Assembly: GCA_964016885.1 (NCBI GenBank)
Contig: OZ024766.1
Span: forward strand, 15,128,001 to 15,192,000
Direction: 5' to 3'
Source: Eledone cirrhosa
Lineage: Eukaryota
DNA: 64,000 bases
Part shown: positions 1 through 13,600 of the stretch, piece after piece
How the letters are laid out: each line of letters begins with the position of its first letter
Numbering within the stretch: the first letter of the stretch is position 1
Notes under the pieces: model-generated
The model's database searches: none
What the model was told of the DNA's origin: nothing
What the model saw: the letters and a program-made list of their open reading frames with translations, nothing else
Translations under genes and position numbers: made by a program

Positions 1-1950
1 CGTTGATTTCGACGCTGTCGAAGGCCTTCTTGTAGTCTACGAACGCGACGCAAAGAGGCATCTTGTACCCTTTTGCTTGCTCAAGCAGTTGTGTCAGAGT
101 AAATATGTGGTCCATCGTGCTGTAGTTCTTCTGGAAGCCGGCTTGCTCTTTCGGTTGCTGTTCGTCCAGATGATGTGATAACCTGTTCAGGATTATCTTC
201 GTGAACAGCTTGTACACGTGAGACAGCAAGAATATGGGTCGGTAGTTCTTCAGATCTTCTCTATCGCCCTTCTTTTATAGCAGGATCGTATTCGACTCTT
301 TCCACTGCGAGGGTATTCTTCCCTCGTCCAGATCGTGTGTGAATCGCTCGGCGAGGATTTTCCAGAGCTGCTCTCCGCCTGACTTCAACACCTCCGATGT
401 TATGCCGTCTTTCCCTGGCGCCTTTCCGCTTTTCATCACGCCGACGGCTCTTTCCACCTCACCGACAAGGATGGGTGGCACATTTTCTTCCTGTTGGAGT
501 GACGGCAACGGCTGCACATTCCCGGCAGACTTGAAGAGCTTGGTGTAGAGGTCTTCGTAAATCTTTTCCATCTCATTCTTGTCGCTGACCGGTACTCCAG
601 CTGTGTTCTTCAGGGTCGTCACCTCCGATCTGTACATTGCCATGTCCGTCTCGCATTTCTTGAGGCTTTTCTTTTCCTCTGCGGCCTTCAGGAGCTTCCC
701 CATCCGGTATGGCTCGAAGTCACTCTTCAGTTGCCGTATCACTCTGCTGAGAAGGGAATATTCGAGGTGATCTTCAGGTGTCCCCTTCATAATCTTCCTC
801 TTCTCAAGCAACTTCATAGTTTCCTCCCAGACTCTTCCCTTCCACTCCTTCGGGCACACACCCTTAGCCTTCCTCAAGCACTCCTTCAGTTTCCTTATCA
901 GTGAGTCGTAGTCAGCGTCTATGCCGTCTCCTTTACACCACTTTTCCTGCATGATGGCTTCCTGCTGCTGCGCCTCGTTGAAGACCCAGACGCGTTCTCC
1001 CTTTGCCGCCAAATGCAGCACCTTCTTTTCCCTCGTCCGATCGATGACGACCTTCGCCCTCACCAGACGATGATCACTGCCAGTGTTAAATGGCGTTATG
1101 ACGGAGACGTCCTGCAGTATACGTCGCTTGTCGACCAGGATGTAGTCGATCTTGTTTCCGTGCTCAGAATTTAGCGATACCCAGGTCCATCTTTTCTCCT
1201 CCTTCTTCCTGAATAGGCTGTCTCCAATGTAGAGCCGTCTCATCTCCGCCATGGTGACCAGACACTCTCCTCTCTCATTTCGATCTCCTAGGCCGAATTT
1301 TCCTACATACTCTTCCCCTTGCCGTCCCTGTCCGACCTTTGCGTTGAAGTCTCCCATCACTACGGTGTAAGTGGACTTCACAGCTAGCACTTTGTCTAGC
1401 TGGCGATAGAATTCTTCCACTTCCTCGTCGTCGCTGGCACTTGTGGGAGCGTAGGTTTGGATGATCTTGAGGGTGGCCTTCCCTGAGAGGTTTACGTTCA
1501 CTACACCAATCCGTGACAATATGAACTGGCAAGAAGCGACCTTCGAAGCCCATTCCTTGCTTACGATAAACCCTATACCAATCTGGCATCCTCTGCTTTC
1601 CCGAGTCTCACGGCGCATCCATCTTGCCATCGGGAATTCGCCTCCTTCTTCTGGCGGGTCTCGCACAGCCCTAACACGTCCCACCTGATCTTCTTCTTCT
1701 CCTCCATTAGGTGGTTCAGTCCTTGCCCCCCTGCCAAAGACCTGCAGTTGTATGTGCATATGGCAAGGTTAGTCCTGTTCCATGGCGGCCTTCGTGAACC
1801 TGTGATTCTTAGCAGCCTTTCGTCGCTCGGGTTGCACTCCGACGTCATGGAGTAGCCCGATTGACTCGCATGGTACTGAGGCCCTTTTCTTCGTGCTGTT
1901 TTAACCATAAGATGACGCCATCCCATTGGCTGGGCGGGCAGGCCGGTACC
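1..1950 (-). mobile_element. Decayed RTE-clade non-LTR retrotransposon, 5' part (APE endonuclease plus start of RT); runs off the window
   Basis: APE motifs TYNCRSL, LCETR, QTYAPT, MGDFNAKVG, IDYIL, SDH; RT-start motifs GKAPGKDG, NYRPI, QAGF, FVDYKKAFDSV; frameshift near 1580 and nonsense TAA at 275-277. Confidence 0.92.
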
Positions 1951-2084
1951 TCTTCAGTTTAGCTAGCTTTTGAACTCTAGAAGATGATGAATCATCTCTA
2001 GGACCCAATTCGGGTCAAACAAATAAGAAAATATATACATATATATATATATATACATATATATACATATATATATATATACAT

Positions 2085-2224
2085 ATACTTGGGGAGGTTC
2101 ATATTGTTGTAATAATATTGCCAGAAATAATAACAGAACACACTCACTGTTTGGTTGGTTTTCGCTTCTGTATCTTTTATATCTCCATAGTTAATTTATT
2201 TGGCAATCAAAGAACTTTGTTAGA

Positions 2225-2273
<49 letters not shown>

Positions 2274-2400
2274 ACCATTGGTCAATCAATGCCAAATAAA
2301 TTAACTATGGAGATATAAAAGATACAGAAGCGAAAACCAACCAAACAGTGTTATTATTTCTGGCAATATTATTACAACAATATGAACCTCCCCAAGTATA
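2085..2400. repeat. About 115-bp inverted repeat around a (TA)n spacer
   Basis: 2085-2205 is the reverse complement of 2290-2400 apart from a 10-bp indel. Confidence 0.85.
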
Positions 2401-2426
2401 ACAATATATATATATATATGTGTGTG

Positions 2427-2497
<71 letters not shown>

Positions 2498-2605
2498 TAT
2501 ATACACACATATATATATACACACACACATATATATACACACACATATATATACACACACATATATATACACACACATATATATATATACATATATATAT
2601 ATACA

Positions 2606-2944
2606 CATCATCATCATCATTCTACGTCCACTTTTCCCTGCTTGCAAGGGTGGGATGGGAACTGATCCTGGCTTGATTTCTACAGCTGGATGCCCTTCCT
2701 AAGACCAACGTCATTTACAGTGAGTGCTGGGTGCTTTTTTTGCCGTGGCACCTCCATGACCACTTTACAGTGGAATGATAGGGACCCCAGTCCCTATCAT
2801 CTCATTTCTACAGCTGAGTAAACTGGAGCAATGTGAAATAAAGTGTCTTGCTCAAGGAAACAAAGCATCACGTGGTCTGAGAATTGAACTCACAACCTTT
2901 CGATTGCAAGGCCAATGCTCTAACTACTAAGCCATGTGCCTCCA
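2606..2944 (-). mobile_element. tRNA-derived SINE with CORE-like domain and RTE-derived (GAT)n tail
   Basis: A-box TGGCTTAGTAGTT and B-box GAGTTCAATTC; tail shared with the RTE 3' UTR at 9650-9920; near-identical copies at 43398-43732(+), 53018-53350(+), 54147-54482(-). Confidence 0.85.
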
Positions 2945-2984
2945 TATATATATATACATATATATATATACACACACATATATA

Positions 2985-3270
2985 TCTAAGTCTAAAGTCT
3001 GTCTTAAGCCAGCAGGCTCATTTGGCCGGTGCTTATACCGGTTTCATGGCGTGAAGTGAGTGAGAGTACAAGACTACCCCCTGGACAGGACGCCAGTCCA
3101 TCGCAGGGTTAAACCTCCAGCTATTGCTGGTACACATTTTCAGCTGAGTAAACTGGAGCAACGTGAAATAAAGTGTCTTTCTCAAGGAAACAACACATCA
3201 CCCGGTCCAAGAATGGAACTCACACCTTTCGATTGAAAGCCTAATGCTCTAACCACTAAGCCATGTGCCT

Positions 3271-3275
<5 letters not shown>
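2985..3275 (-). mobile_element. tRNA-derived SINE, same head as above with a different tail
   Basis: A/B boxes, tccttgagaaagacactttatttcacgttgctccag core, AGACTT-repeat tail; diverged copies near 13780-14000 and 30460-31115. Confidence 0.75.
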
Positions 3276-3350
<75 letters not shown>

Positions 3351-3569
3351 AGTATGTATGTATGTATACATACATACATATATGTATACAGACGTATAGT
3401 AGTATGTATATATATACATACATGCACACATATATATATGTACGTATCAGTTTACCAAACATTTATTATAATGCTCGGTTTGTTTGTTTGTAAACAAACA
3501 AACAGCCCGAATTACGCCGTACAGTGTTTAGGCAACCACGTCACCTTTTTGTTCAACACTGACACAGGA

Positions 3570-3612
3570 ATGATGTACTAGTTTCAAGCTTATTAGCTAT
3601 CGTCAGCATTGT
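3570..3612 (-). ncRNA. Minimal type I hammerhead motif (inverted copy of 4131-4173)
   Basis: ACAAUG-CUGACGA-U-AGCU(aaua)AGCU-U-GAAA-CUAG-UA/CAUCAU; palindromic stem III ACUAGU. Confidence 0.6.
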
Positions 3613-4130
3613 ATACCTTCCTGCCAGATGGTTGAACGTCTGAAAGTATATACTTTCCTTATGCATATTAACGGCTGAGCAGCCTAATTTGCATATCGAG
3701 TGAGATCAGTCGGCTGGGCACACCGAAAACGATAAATGGAATAGAATGAAACGAAATTTCATTTCTCACTCTTAGTAAGGCACTTACTTAAATGTAAGTA
3801 TGTATGTATACGTACATACATATATGTATACAGACGTACAGTAGTATGTATATATATACATACATGCACACATATATATATGCACGTATCGGTTTACCGA
3901 ACATTTATTATAATGTTCGGTTTATTTGTTTGTAAACAAACAAACAGCCCGAATTACGCCGTACAGTGTTTAGGCAACCACGTCACCTTCGTTTCATTCT
4001 ATTCCATTTATCGTTTTCAGTGTGCCCGGCCGACTGAACTCACTCAATATGCAAATTAGGCTGCTCAGCCATTAATATGCATAAGGAAAGTATATACTTT
4101 CAGATGTTCAACCATCTAGCAGGAAGGTAT

Positions 4131-4173
4131 ACGGTGCTGACGATAGCTAATAAGCTTGAAATGAGTACATTGT
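4131..4173 (+). ncRNA. Minimal type I hammerhead motif (Penelope pLTR-like)
   Basis: ACGGUG-CUGACGA-U-AGCU(aaua)AGCU-U-GAAA-UGAG-UA/CAUUGU; 6-bp stem I with two G.U pairs. Confidence 0.6.
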
Positions 4174-4500
4174 TCCTGTGTCAGTGTTGAACAAAAAGGT
4201 GACGTGGTTGCCTAAACATTGTACGGCGTAATTCGGGCTGTTTACAAACAAACAAACCGGACATTATAATAAATGTTCAGTAAACCGATACGTGCATATA
4301 TATATGTGTGCATGTATGTATATATATATATATATGTATATACATATATATATATATACACACACACACACAATTATATAGAACAATAAAATATGGCACC
4401 AGATGTTCAACCCAAGACCTTATGATTGAGAACAGCACACCTGTAACCTCTAAGCTATATATCTTCACACAGACTTTCTGATAAAGACAGAAGTACCCAC

Positions 4501-4638
4501 CTGACTGACAGTTGTCTCCCCTGAAACCAGCTGCACATCCAACACTAGAACACACCCCAGATTTAATGTCGCAATGATCGTTGTCAGCACAGTGGCACAA
4601 ATACTGACAGTTCAAGCCAAAATAACCCTTTTTACATT
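4501..4638 (-). CDS. EGF-like repeat exon ([46 protein letters not shown])
   Basis: 138 bp, poly-T tract plus CAG acceptor, GTGGGT donor, 8 Cys. Confidence 0.9.
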
Positions 4639-7600
4639 CTGAAAAAAAAAAAAAAAGAAAATAGAATTATATACACAACATATATATAAAATTATACACA
4701 ATAACACATATATACAATTATACACAGCTATAACATACATATACACAATTATACATAACTATAATGCCAATGTGCGTGAATGACCAAGCATAGACGAGTT
4801 GAGAAAGAAACTGGGTATAAGAGGGATAAGTTGTGGTGTGTAGGAGAGAAGGCTGAGCTGAGATGGTATGGACATGTGATGCGCATGGAGGATGACCGCT
4901 GGGTAAAGAAGTGCCAAGAAATCCCAGTAGAAGGAAGACGCAGTAGAGGTAGACCATGAAAAACATGGGCGGAGGTGGTGAGAGAAGACCTCAAATTGCT
5001 GAAACTCACGGAGGAGATGACAAGGGACCGTGACGAATGAAGAGATGCCATGCTTAATAAGACCCGTCCCACCCTTGCAAGCAGGGAAAAGCGGACGTAA
5101 AATGATGATGATGATGATAATAATAAAATTATTGTGTACAGTGCTCAGGTGCACTACAACTCATCAATGGTGAATGTATAGTACATTAGTGAACAGACAG
5201 TGAACAGTGTATGAGTCATGAGATACACACAGACACATGCATGCGTGTGTATGGAGGGGGAATATCAGGTGTAGTGTTAGCGCAAAAAAAAAATAAAAGG
5301 AAATGCTTACAGCACCTAGGTTTCTCAAGTGGTTTCCCATCTAAGTACTAACTAGGCTCGAGTCAAGATATATGTGTGTGTGTGTATGTATGTATGGAGG
5401 GGGAATATTAGGTGCAGGGTTGGCGAATTTCAGGCAACATGGAGGTTTTAAAGGATGCAGTGTCCCGGCAGCTAACAACTGATGCAGGTAGTTTGTTCCA
5501 TGCTTCAGTGAATTTCAGGAAGCATGGAGGTTTTAAAGGATGCAGTGTCCTGGCAGCACACAACTGATGCGGGTAGTTTGTTCCATACTTCAGCAAATTT
5601 TTATATATATTGATTGACCAACAGTTAAAAAATATAAATATAAATATAGTTTCTCAGAGTTTTTTCATCACATATCTGTGACATCATCAGTGATATTTCT
5701 ATGCTTGTCATATTCCTGTGATGTTTTCTTATTCTATTTTATTTATTTGCAGTAGTTCCAACGTAAAAGACTTTCATAATAGTTGATCACTATAAATAAC
5801 AGTTAGGAAAACCAGATAAAGTACATGTGGAGATAGAAAGAAGTAGACGGAGGGTCCTGTAAGGAACAGGTGCAAGTTTGCTTCCTTGCAAATACTTCTG
5901 TCTACATCTACCTTTCTCCTGAGATACTTTACTACCCACATTAACCTGTCACCTGTGGTCCATTACTGTCTACCAGGAATAATAATTGTTTCTACTTTAG
6001 GCACAAGGTCAGAAATTATCCAAGTGTATTACTGGTACTTTATTTTATCGACCCCGTAAGAATGAAAGGCAAAGTTAACTTCGGTGGGATTTGAACTCAG
6101 ATTGTAAAGGGACATAACTATGCTGGAAAGCACGGCATCCGACTCTCTACCGATACTGCCATAATACAGTTATACTAGTTAGAAGTAGAAATAAAAGACT
6201 ATTAAACATATGTAGTCATTAATAATATAGTTATACTAGTTAGTAGTAAAAGTAAAAGAGTAATACACCTATGTAGCCATTAATAATATAGTTATACTAG
6301 TTAGTAGTAAAAGTAAAAGAGTAATAAACCTATGTAGTCATTAATAATATAGTTATACTAGTTAGTAGTAAAAGTAAAAGAGTAATAAACCTATGTAGTC
6401 ATTAATAATATAGTTATACTAGTTAGTAGTAAAAGTAATAGAGTAATAAACCTATGTAGTCATTAATAATATAGTTATACTAGTTAGTAGTAAAAGTAAA
6501 AGAGTATTAAACATATGTAGTCATTAATAATATAGTTATACTAGTTAGTAGTAAAAGTAAAAGAGTATTAAACATATGTAGTCATTAATAATATAGTTAT
6601 ACTAGTTAGTAGTAAAAGTGAAAGAGTAATACACCTATGTAGTCATTAATAATTTAGTTATACTAGTTAGTAGTAAAAGTGAAAGAGTAATACACCTATG
6701 TAGCCATTAATAATATAGTTATACTAGTTAGTAGTAAAAGTAAAAGAGTAATAAACCTATGTAGACATTAATAATATAGTTATACTAGTTAGTAGTAAAC
6801 GTAAAAGAGTAATAAACATATGTAGACATTAATAATATAGTTATACTAGTAAGTAGTAAAAGTAAAAGAGTAATAAACCTATGTAGACATTAATAATATA
6901 GTTATACTAGTTAGTAGTAAACGTAAAAGAGTAATAAACATATGTAGACATTAATAATATAGTTATACTAGTTAGTAGTAAAAGTAAAAGAGTAATAAAC
7001 ATATGTAGACATTAATAATATAGTTATACTAGTTAGTAGTAAACGTAAAAGAGTATTAAACCAACCAGTTTGACAATCAGTTCCTATATAGCCTGGTTCA
7101 CAGTTGCCCTCTTCACAAACACCATTGGTTCTGTTGCAGTATTTACTTTCTTCACAATGACAAACCTTTTGACAGTTAGACCCAAAAGTATTGCTTGGAC
7201 AGGCTGGATGAAATAAAGGATCAAACAGAAATTTAGTAAATTTAACCCTTTAGCATTTACATTACTTTATATATATATACTATTGTATTTTTACAGTAAA
7301 CACTTTATCACATATTATGGAGTCTACGAGATTTTGATGATGATATTATTTATTTTGAGAAGAATACCTTAATGTCAGTATTGGTGACCGGTTATTGAAA
7401 GAAGTCAATATATAACCCTTTAGCATTTACATTACTCATAGACATTCAATGTAGAAGAGAACTGGGAGTTCCTAAAAAATAACTTACTAGAGGCGACGGA
7501 TGAGGTCTGTGGCTGGAGTAAGACCTCAAGCAGGAGGAGAGTGACTTGGTGGTGGAACAATAAGGTATATGAGGCAGTTAAGGCCAAGAGACAGGCATGG

Positions 7601-10600
7601 AAAGAATGGAAGAACGGGGGGAGCAGGGTAAATTACATAGAGAACAAGAGGGAAGCTAGGCGACAAGTATACTTAGCTAGGAGGGAAGCAGAGGATAGAA
7701 AATTCAAGCATGTTTTGCAATGTAAGGACCAGAAACAGGAGGTGTTCAAGATTGCGAGGCAGTGTGTCAGAGAGAATTGTGATGTCATTGGAGAGAAGTG
7801 TATCCGGAATGATAAAGGTGAGCTTGCCCTCACAAGTGCTGAGAAGAAAGATGCATGGAAGAGTCATTATGATAGATTACTAAATGAGGAGAATGCATGA
7901 GAAGAAGAGACCCTACCCCAAGTAGACCCTATAGAGGGGCCAGCAGTACAAGTCAGCAGCAGCGTAGTAAGTAAGGCAATCAAAGATATGAAGATGGGGA
8001 AGGCAACCGGTCCATCGGGTATAGCTGCTGAGATGCTGAAGGCATCTGGGTCTGTAGGTCACACTATAACCACACGTATTGTTAACCAGGTAATACTAGA
8101 AGGTGTCATACCAAAAGATTGGTGCAGTAGCATTATTGTCAACTGCTACAAAGGTAAAGGTGATGCACTAGATAGAGGAAACTATAGAGGTATAAAGCTG
8201 ATGGACCAGGTCATGAAAGTAACAGAAAGAGTTATAGCACAGTTGATTAGGGACCGGGTGAAACTAGATGAGATGCAATTTGGGTTTGTACCAGGAAGAG
8301 GCACCACTGATGCCCTTTTCCTTGTGAGGCAGTACAGGAAAAGTACCTAGCTAAAAGCAAGCCACTCTACCTGCCATTTGTCGATCTCGAGAAAGCCTTT
8401 GACAGAGTTCCACGTGCTGTAATCTGATGGGCTCTTAGAAAACTAGGAGTAGATGAATGGCTTGTGAAAGCGGTACAAGCCATGTATAGGGGAGCAGTCA
8501 GCAAAGTTAGGATTAGCAATGAGTATAGCGAGGAATTTAGCGTACAGGTTGGGGTCCACCAGGGCTCTGTTCTTAGCCCCCTCCTGTTCATCATAGTCAT
8601 GCAGGCAATAACGGAGGAGTTTAAGACCGGATGCCCATGGGAACTCCTGTATGCTGATGACCTCGCACTTATAGCTGAATCTATGGTAGAGCTAGAGAAG
8701 AAATTCCAAACTTGGAAGCAGGGACTAGAAAGAAAGGGTCTCAAAGTCAACATGATAAAGACTCAGGTCCTTTTAAGTAGACGAGAAAACAGAACCCAGA
8801 TCCCCTCAGGGAAATGGCCTTGCTCAGTATGTAGGAAAGGTGTAGGTAGGAACTCCATTCCCTGCCCCAAATGCAAACAATGGGTACACAAGAGATGTAG
8901 CGGGATCTCAGGAAGCTTAATTAAGAATGTAGGCTTCACATGCAGCAGCTGTGCTGGGACAGCACGCAGCAAAAAGCCACAGGAAACAAGTACCACCAAT
9001 CTCTCGGAGGGCTCTGTAGAAAGAGTAGACAGCTCCTGCTACCTAGGTGACCGAATTAGCAGCGGAGGTGGGTGTTCAGAAAGTACAATAACTAGGGTAA
9101 GAACGGGATGGAAGAAGCTTAGGGAACTACTACCACTACTAGCTGCAAAAGGCTTTTCCCTCAAAATGAAAGGCAGACTGTATGATGCGTGTATCCGAAC
9201 AGCAATGTTGCATGGTAGTGAGACCTGGGCGCTGAAGGTGGAAGACTTATGTAGATTAGAGAGAAACGAAGCCTTCATGCTCCGATGGATGTGTAACAGT
9301 AATATACGCGAACGACAAAGCATAAATGAATTGAGAGAGAGACTGAGCATAAGAGGAATCAAATGCTGTGTGCAGGAGAGGCAGTTGCGTTGGTATGGAC
9401 ATGTGATGCGTATGAAGGATGACAGCTGCATAAAAAGGTGCAGAGCACTAGAAGTCGATGGAAACCGCGGAGTGGGGAGACCCAAGATGACCTGGGATGA
9501 GGTGATAAAAACCGACCTTACCCAATTCCACCTCTCAAAGGCGATGACACATGACCGTGACCTCTGGCGTCTCGCAGAAATACAGAGTACCCGACCTCCC
9601 ATGGGTACAAGCTGATGCATATAGACAATAAGCCCCCACACCCCCCACTTCAAGGTGGTCGTGGAGGTGCCACGGCAAAAAGCACCCAGCCCACACTGTA
9701 AAGTGGACGTGTAGGCAACACGAAAAAGCACCCAGCACTCACTGTAAATTAGGTTGGTGTTAGGAAGGGCATCCAGCTGTAGAAATCAAGCCAAATCAGT
9801 TCCTGTATGAGCAAAGCATAGTCAGCCGACCAGACACTGCCCACAACAGGACAACCCGTCTAACCCATGCTAGCGTGGAAGAACGGACGTAAAACGGTGA
9901 TGATGATGATGATGATGATGACTCTATATATACTATTGTATTTTCATGGTAAAGGCTTTACCTCACATAAGTATCTCATAATGTCGAATATATGAGATTT
10001 TGATTTTATCTATTTTGAGAAGAATACCTTAATGTCAGTATGAGTGGCCAGTTATGGCCGGTTTCAACAGAAAGAGGTGAGAGGATTCTGGTCAGATATG
10101 GCCGGTTTAAATGCTAAAGGGTTAAACACCCCAGTGTTGAAATGTGGTAGTGCTGGTGCCATGATCAAGTGCACCAAGCCTACACTGGAAAATGGAAGTG
10201 TTTGATGCTGTGATAAAATGCATCCAGCCCATACTGTAAACTGTTAGTGTGGTACCATGATAAAAGTAGCAAGACCACCCTGGCATGTGGTAAAGGTGGT
10301 GCCATGAGGAAATGCACCCAGTACATGCTGTGAGGTAGTGTTAGGAAGGGCATCCAACAATAGAAACTATGCTAGAGAAACACTGGCACACTTGGAAAAT
10401 TAGAAGCACACAGGTACAGTGGGAACATCAGAGACACAGTGGGTACTCAAGAGGCACAATGGCTCACTGTGATCATCCAGAAGCACACTGGGATATTAGA
10501 GGCATACTGGCATACTGGGAACATTGGAGCACAGTGGGAACATCAGAGGCACACTGGAATATCAGTGGACACTAGGTACATAGGAGGCATACTGAGAACA

Positions 10601-13600
10601 TCAGAGGCTCACTGGGCACATCAGAGACACACTGGGAATACAAGAGGCACACTGGGAACATCAGAAGCACAGTAGGCACATCCGAGGCACACTAGGTATA
10701 TCAGAGACACACTGGGAACACAAGAGGCAGACTGGGAACATCAGAAGCACAGTAGGTACATCAGAGGCACACTAGGTATATCAGAGACACACTGGGAACA
10801 CAAGAGGCAGACTGGGAGCATCAGAGGCACAGTTGGCACATCAGAGGCACACTAGGTATATCAGAGACACACTGGGAACACAAGAGGCAGACTGGGAGCA
10901 TCAGAGGCACAGTTGGCACATCAGAGGCACACTGAGCACATCAGAGACACACTGGGAATACAAGAGGCATACTGGGAACATCAGAAGCAGAGTAGGTACA
11001 CAAGAGGCAGACTGGGAACATCAGAGGCACACAGGGCACATCAGGAGGCACGCTGTTAATAAATGAACATTTACAGTTTAAAATAAGCATACTAACAAGC
11101 TTGGCAGTCATGACCAGTAAAACCAGGTAGACACTTGTTGTTTGGACAGTGTCCAGTTTTAGGGTTACAGTTTGCACTGTCCTTGCATTTACAGGGATTT
11201 GAACAATGGACACCAAAATAACCAGCTTTACACACTGTTAAAATAAAACAAACAAGTAGAAATATCTAACATTACTTTACAAATATATACAGGGTGCAGC
11301 ATAAATACTGTTACAAAATATCAAATGAGTTTAAGTCATAATATTAATTACTTTATGCTTTGCAGCATAGAGTTACGGCCCTTTATGATCTGAGTTCAAA
11401 TCCCGCCCAGATTAACTTTGCCATTCATCCTTACTGGGTCGATAAAATAAAGTACCAGTCACACATAGGGAGCGCTTTAATAGACCCCCCCCCCCCCCAC
11501 AAATTTCTGGCCTTATGCTTATATAAGAAACCAATAATAATTACTTTATTATTGATCTGATTGCTCAAATATTAACCTAATACTATATACTAACTGTTTT
11601 GGGGGTTATATAAGGATTCATTGCACATTTTTTCATGTTCAGAGTTGCTGAAGCATGGAACAAATTACCTGCATCAGTTGTTAGCTACTGGGACACTACA
11701 TCCTTTAAAACCTCCATGCTTCCTGAAATTCGCCAACACTACACCTGATATCCCCCTTCCATACACACGCATGCATGTGTGTGTATTTCATGACTCATAC
11801 ACTGTTCACTTTCCTGACCTTTATACATTATTCTATGTACTATATATGCACCTGAGCAGTGTACACAATAATTTCATTATTATTATTATTTAAATGTCCT
11901 TAGAATTGAAAGGAAAATTCATAATTGGACAGCATGAAAAAAAGTAGACTCCACCTCAGATTTTTATAACTGGAAAACAGCTTGAAATTAACAGAATGCT
12001 CATAAAAAGGACCATTGATCACTTCAAAGAAACTTCCTCAACAAAAGCCAAGATCAGGACGTCCTAGCACCTTCTGAACACCAAAACTAATCAAATACAT
12101 GCATGAGAAAATCAGATGTAAGCCAAAAAGATTCATGAGAAAAATGGTGAAAGAGGCCGAAATTTCAGAGAGATCCATGAGGAGGCTATGTAAAGATGAT
12201 CTCGAGATGTGAGAACAAAAGGAAAGCATATCAAATAAGATTGCATGGTGTTAATAAACATTTTATTAATTACATTGTGCCACAATTGTAGCTAGGTACA
12301 ATAAATATTGAAGGAGTTATAAGCATTTTATTTTGTAACAGTATTTATGCCGTACTATGTAGTATTATGTGGTCAGAAACTCTCAAGAAAGTTGGACAGG
12401 AGAAGGTCACCAGAGAAGAACCACCCTCTCACCTCATGCAAGGGTTTCAGCCATTAACCCAGGCATGGGCAACCTTTTTCGAGAAGCGGGCTGCATGAGA
12501 TATGGCTCATCATCAGGGAGGCCACAAGCGCTAATTTACATTTGTGCCCACATTAAAAAAAAAGGGTGATAACTCAGGTTGTTTTGATTTGTTTCTTCAG
12601 AATTCGTACACGTTGTTTTCCTCAATCGTTAAAAATTATAGAAAGATAAATTACGACTGAAAAGTTGGGGTAAAAAAATCAGAAAGATTTCACTTAGGTG
12701 ATTTAGGTGAGTCATTTAGAAAGCTTTGTGTGCCGCAGGTTACCCATGACTGCCTTAATCTATTTAACATTTACATTACTGTGTTTAAGTGTGTGTGAGT
12801 GAGTGCATTTGTGTGTTTTAATGTGAGTGTGTTTGTGTGTTTTAGTGTGTGAGTACATTTGAGCATTTAAGAGTGTGAAAGAGTATGTGTGTGAGTGTGT
12901 TTGTGTGTTTTAGAGTGTGAGTGCATGCGTGTGTTTATGTGTATGTGTGTGTGAACTCTTTTATTCACCTCTTACAATAGGAAAGGACACTGTGCCAGTT
13001 ATTTTGTGTCTCAACTAATTGCAACAAAGCTAATAAACTTTCATGCTCTATTTAACACTAACACAAGTGTAAATGGTGTTAAACTTACAATCATGTTCTG
13101 GGTTTCATTCTTGGACTGGGTTGTGTGTTATGTTCTTGAGCAAAACATTATACTCAGTATGTATGTATGGTCCTGTAACTCCTGACAGAGTCGTAGAGGT
13201 GCCGTATTAACAGACATCATTTCTTGGGTATTTTAAGCCAGGCGGAGCCCATCCCTGTCCAGGCCTGAATACAGCAGATTTCTTCCAGAGAAAGATAGAA
13301 AGTGAGAGAGAGGAAATGAGAAAGAGATATAGAAGAAGATCGACCCCAGTACTAGACTGGTATTTTTTTATTGACATCAAAAGGATGAAAGGCAAAGTTG
13401 ACCTCAGCGGGATTTGAACTCAGAGAGCAGAGAGTTGGAACGAATACCACAAAGCATTCTATCTGATGTTCTAACGACTCTGCCAATTCACTGCCTATAT
13501 ACTCAGTATACTCAGTTGGAAATGAGTATCAACAATTGCTGGGGGTTTTCTCTGCAATGGACTGGTGTCCTGTCCAGGCTGGAATTGTTTACTGTCAGTC

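Larger units (their letters stand above)
3347..4330. mobile_element. Penelope-like pLTR remnant with partial-tandem plus inverted architecture (A-B..A-B'-A')
   Basis: About 200-bp direct repeat (3350-3547 / 3795-3989) and about 340-bp inverted repeat (3410-3755 / 3988-4325), flanked by (TA)n, with hammerhead motifs. Confidence 0.65.

Noticed and set aside
2870-2944. tRNA genes at SINE heads
   Set aside because: A and B boxes are present but there is no full cloverleaf and the sequence continues into SINE bodies
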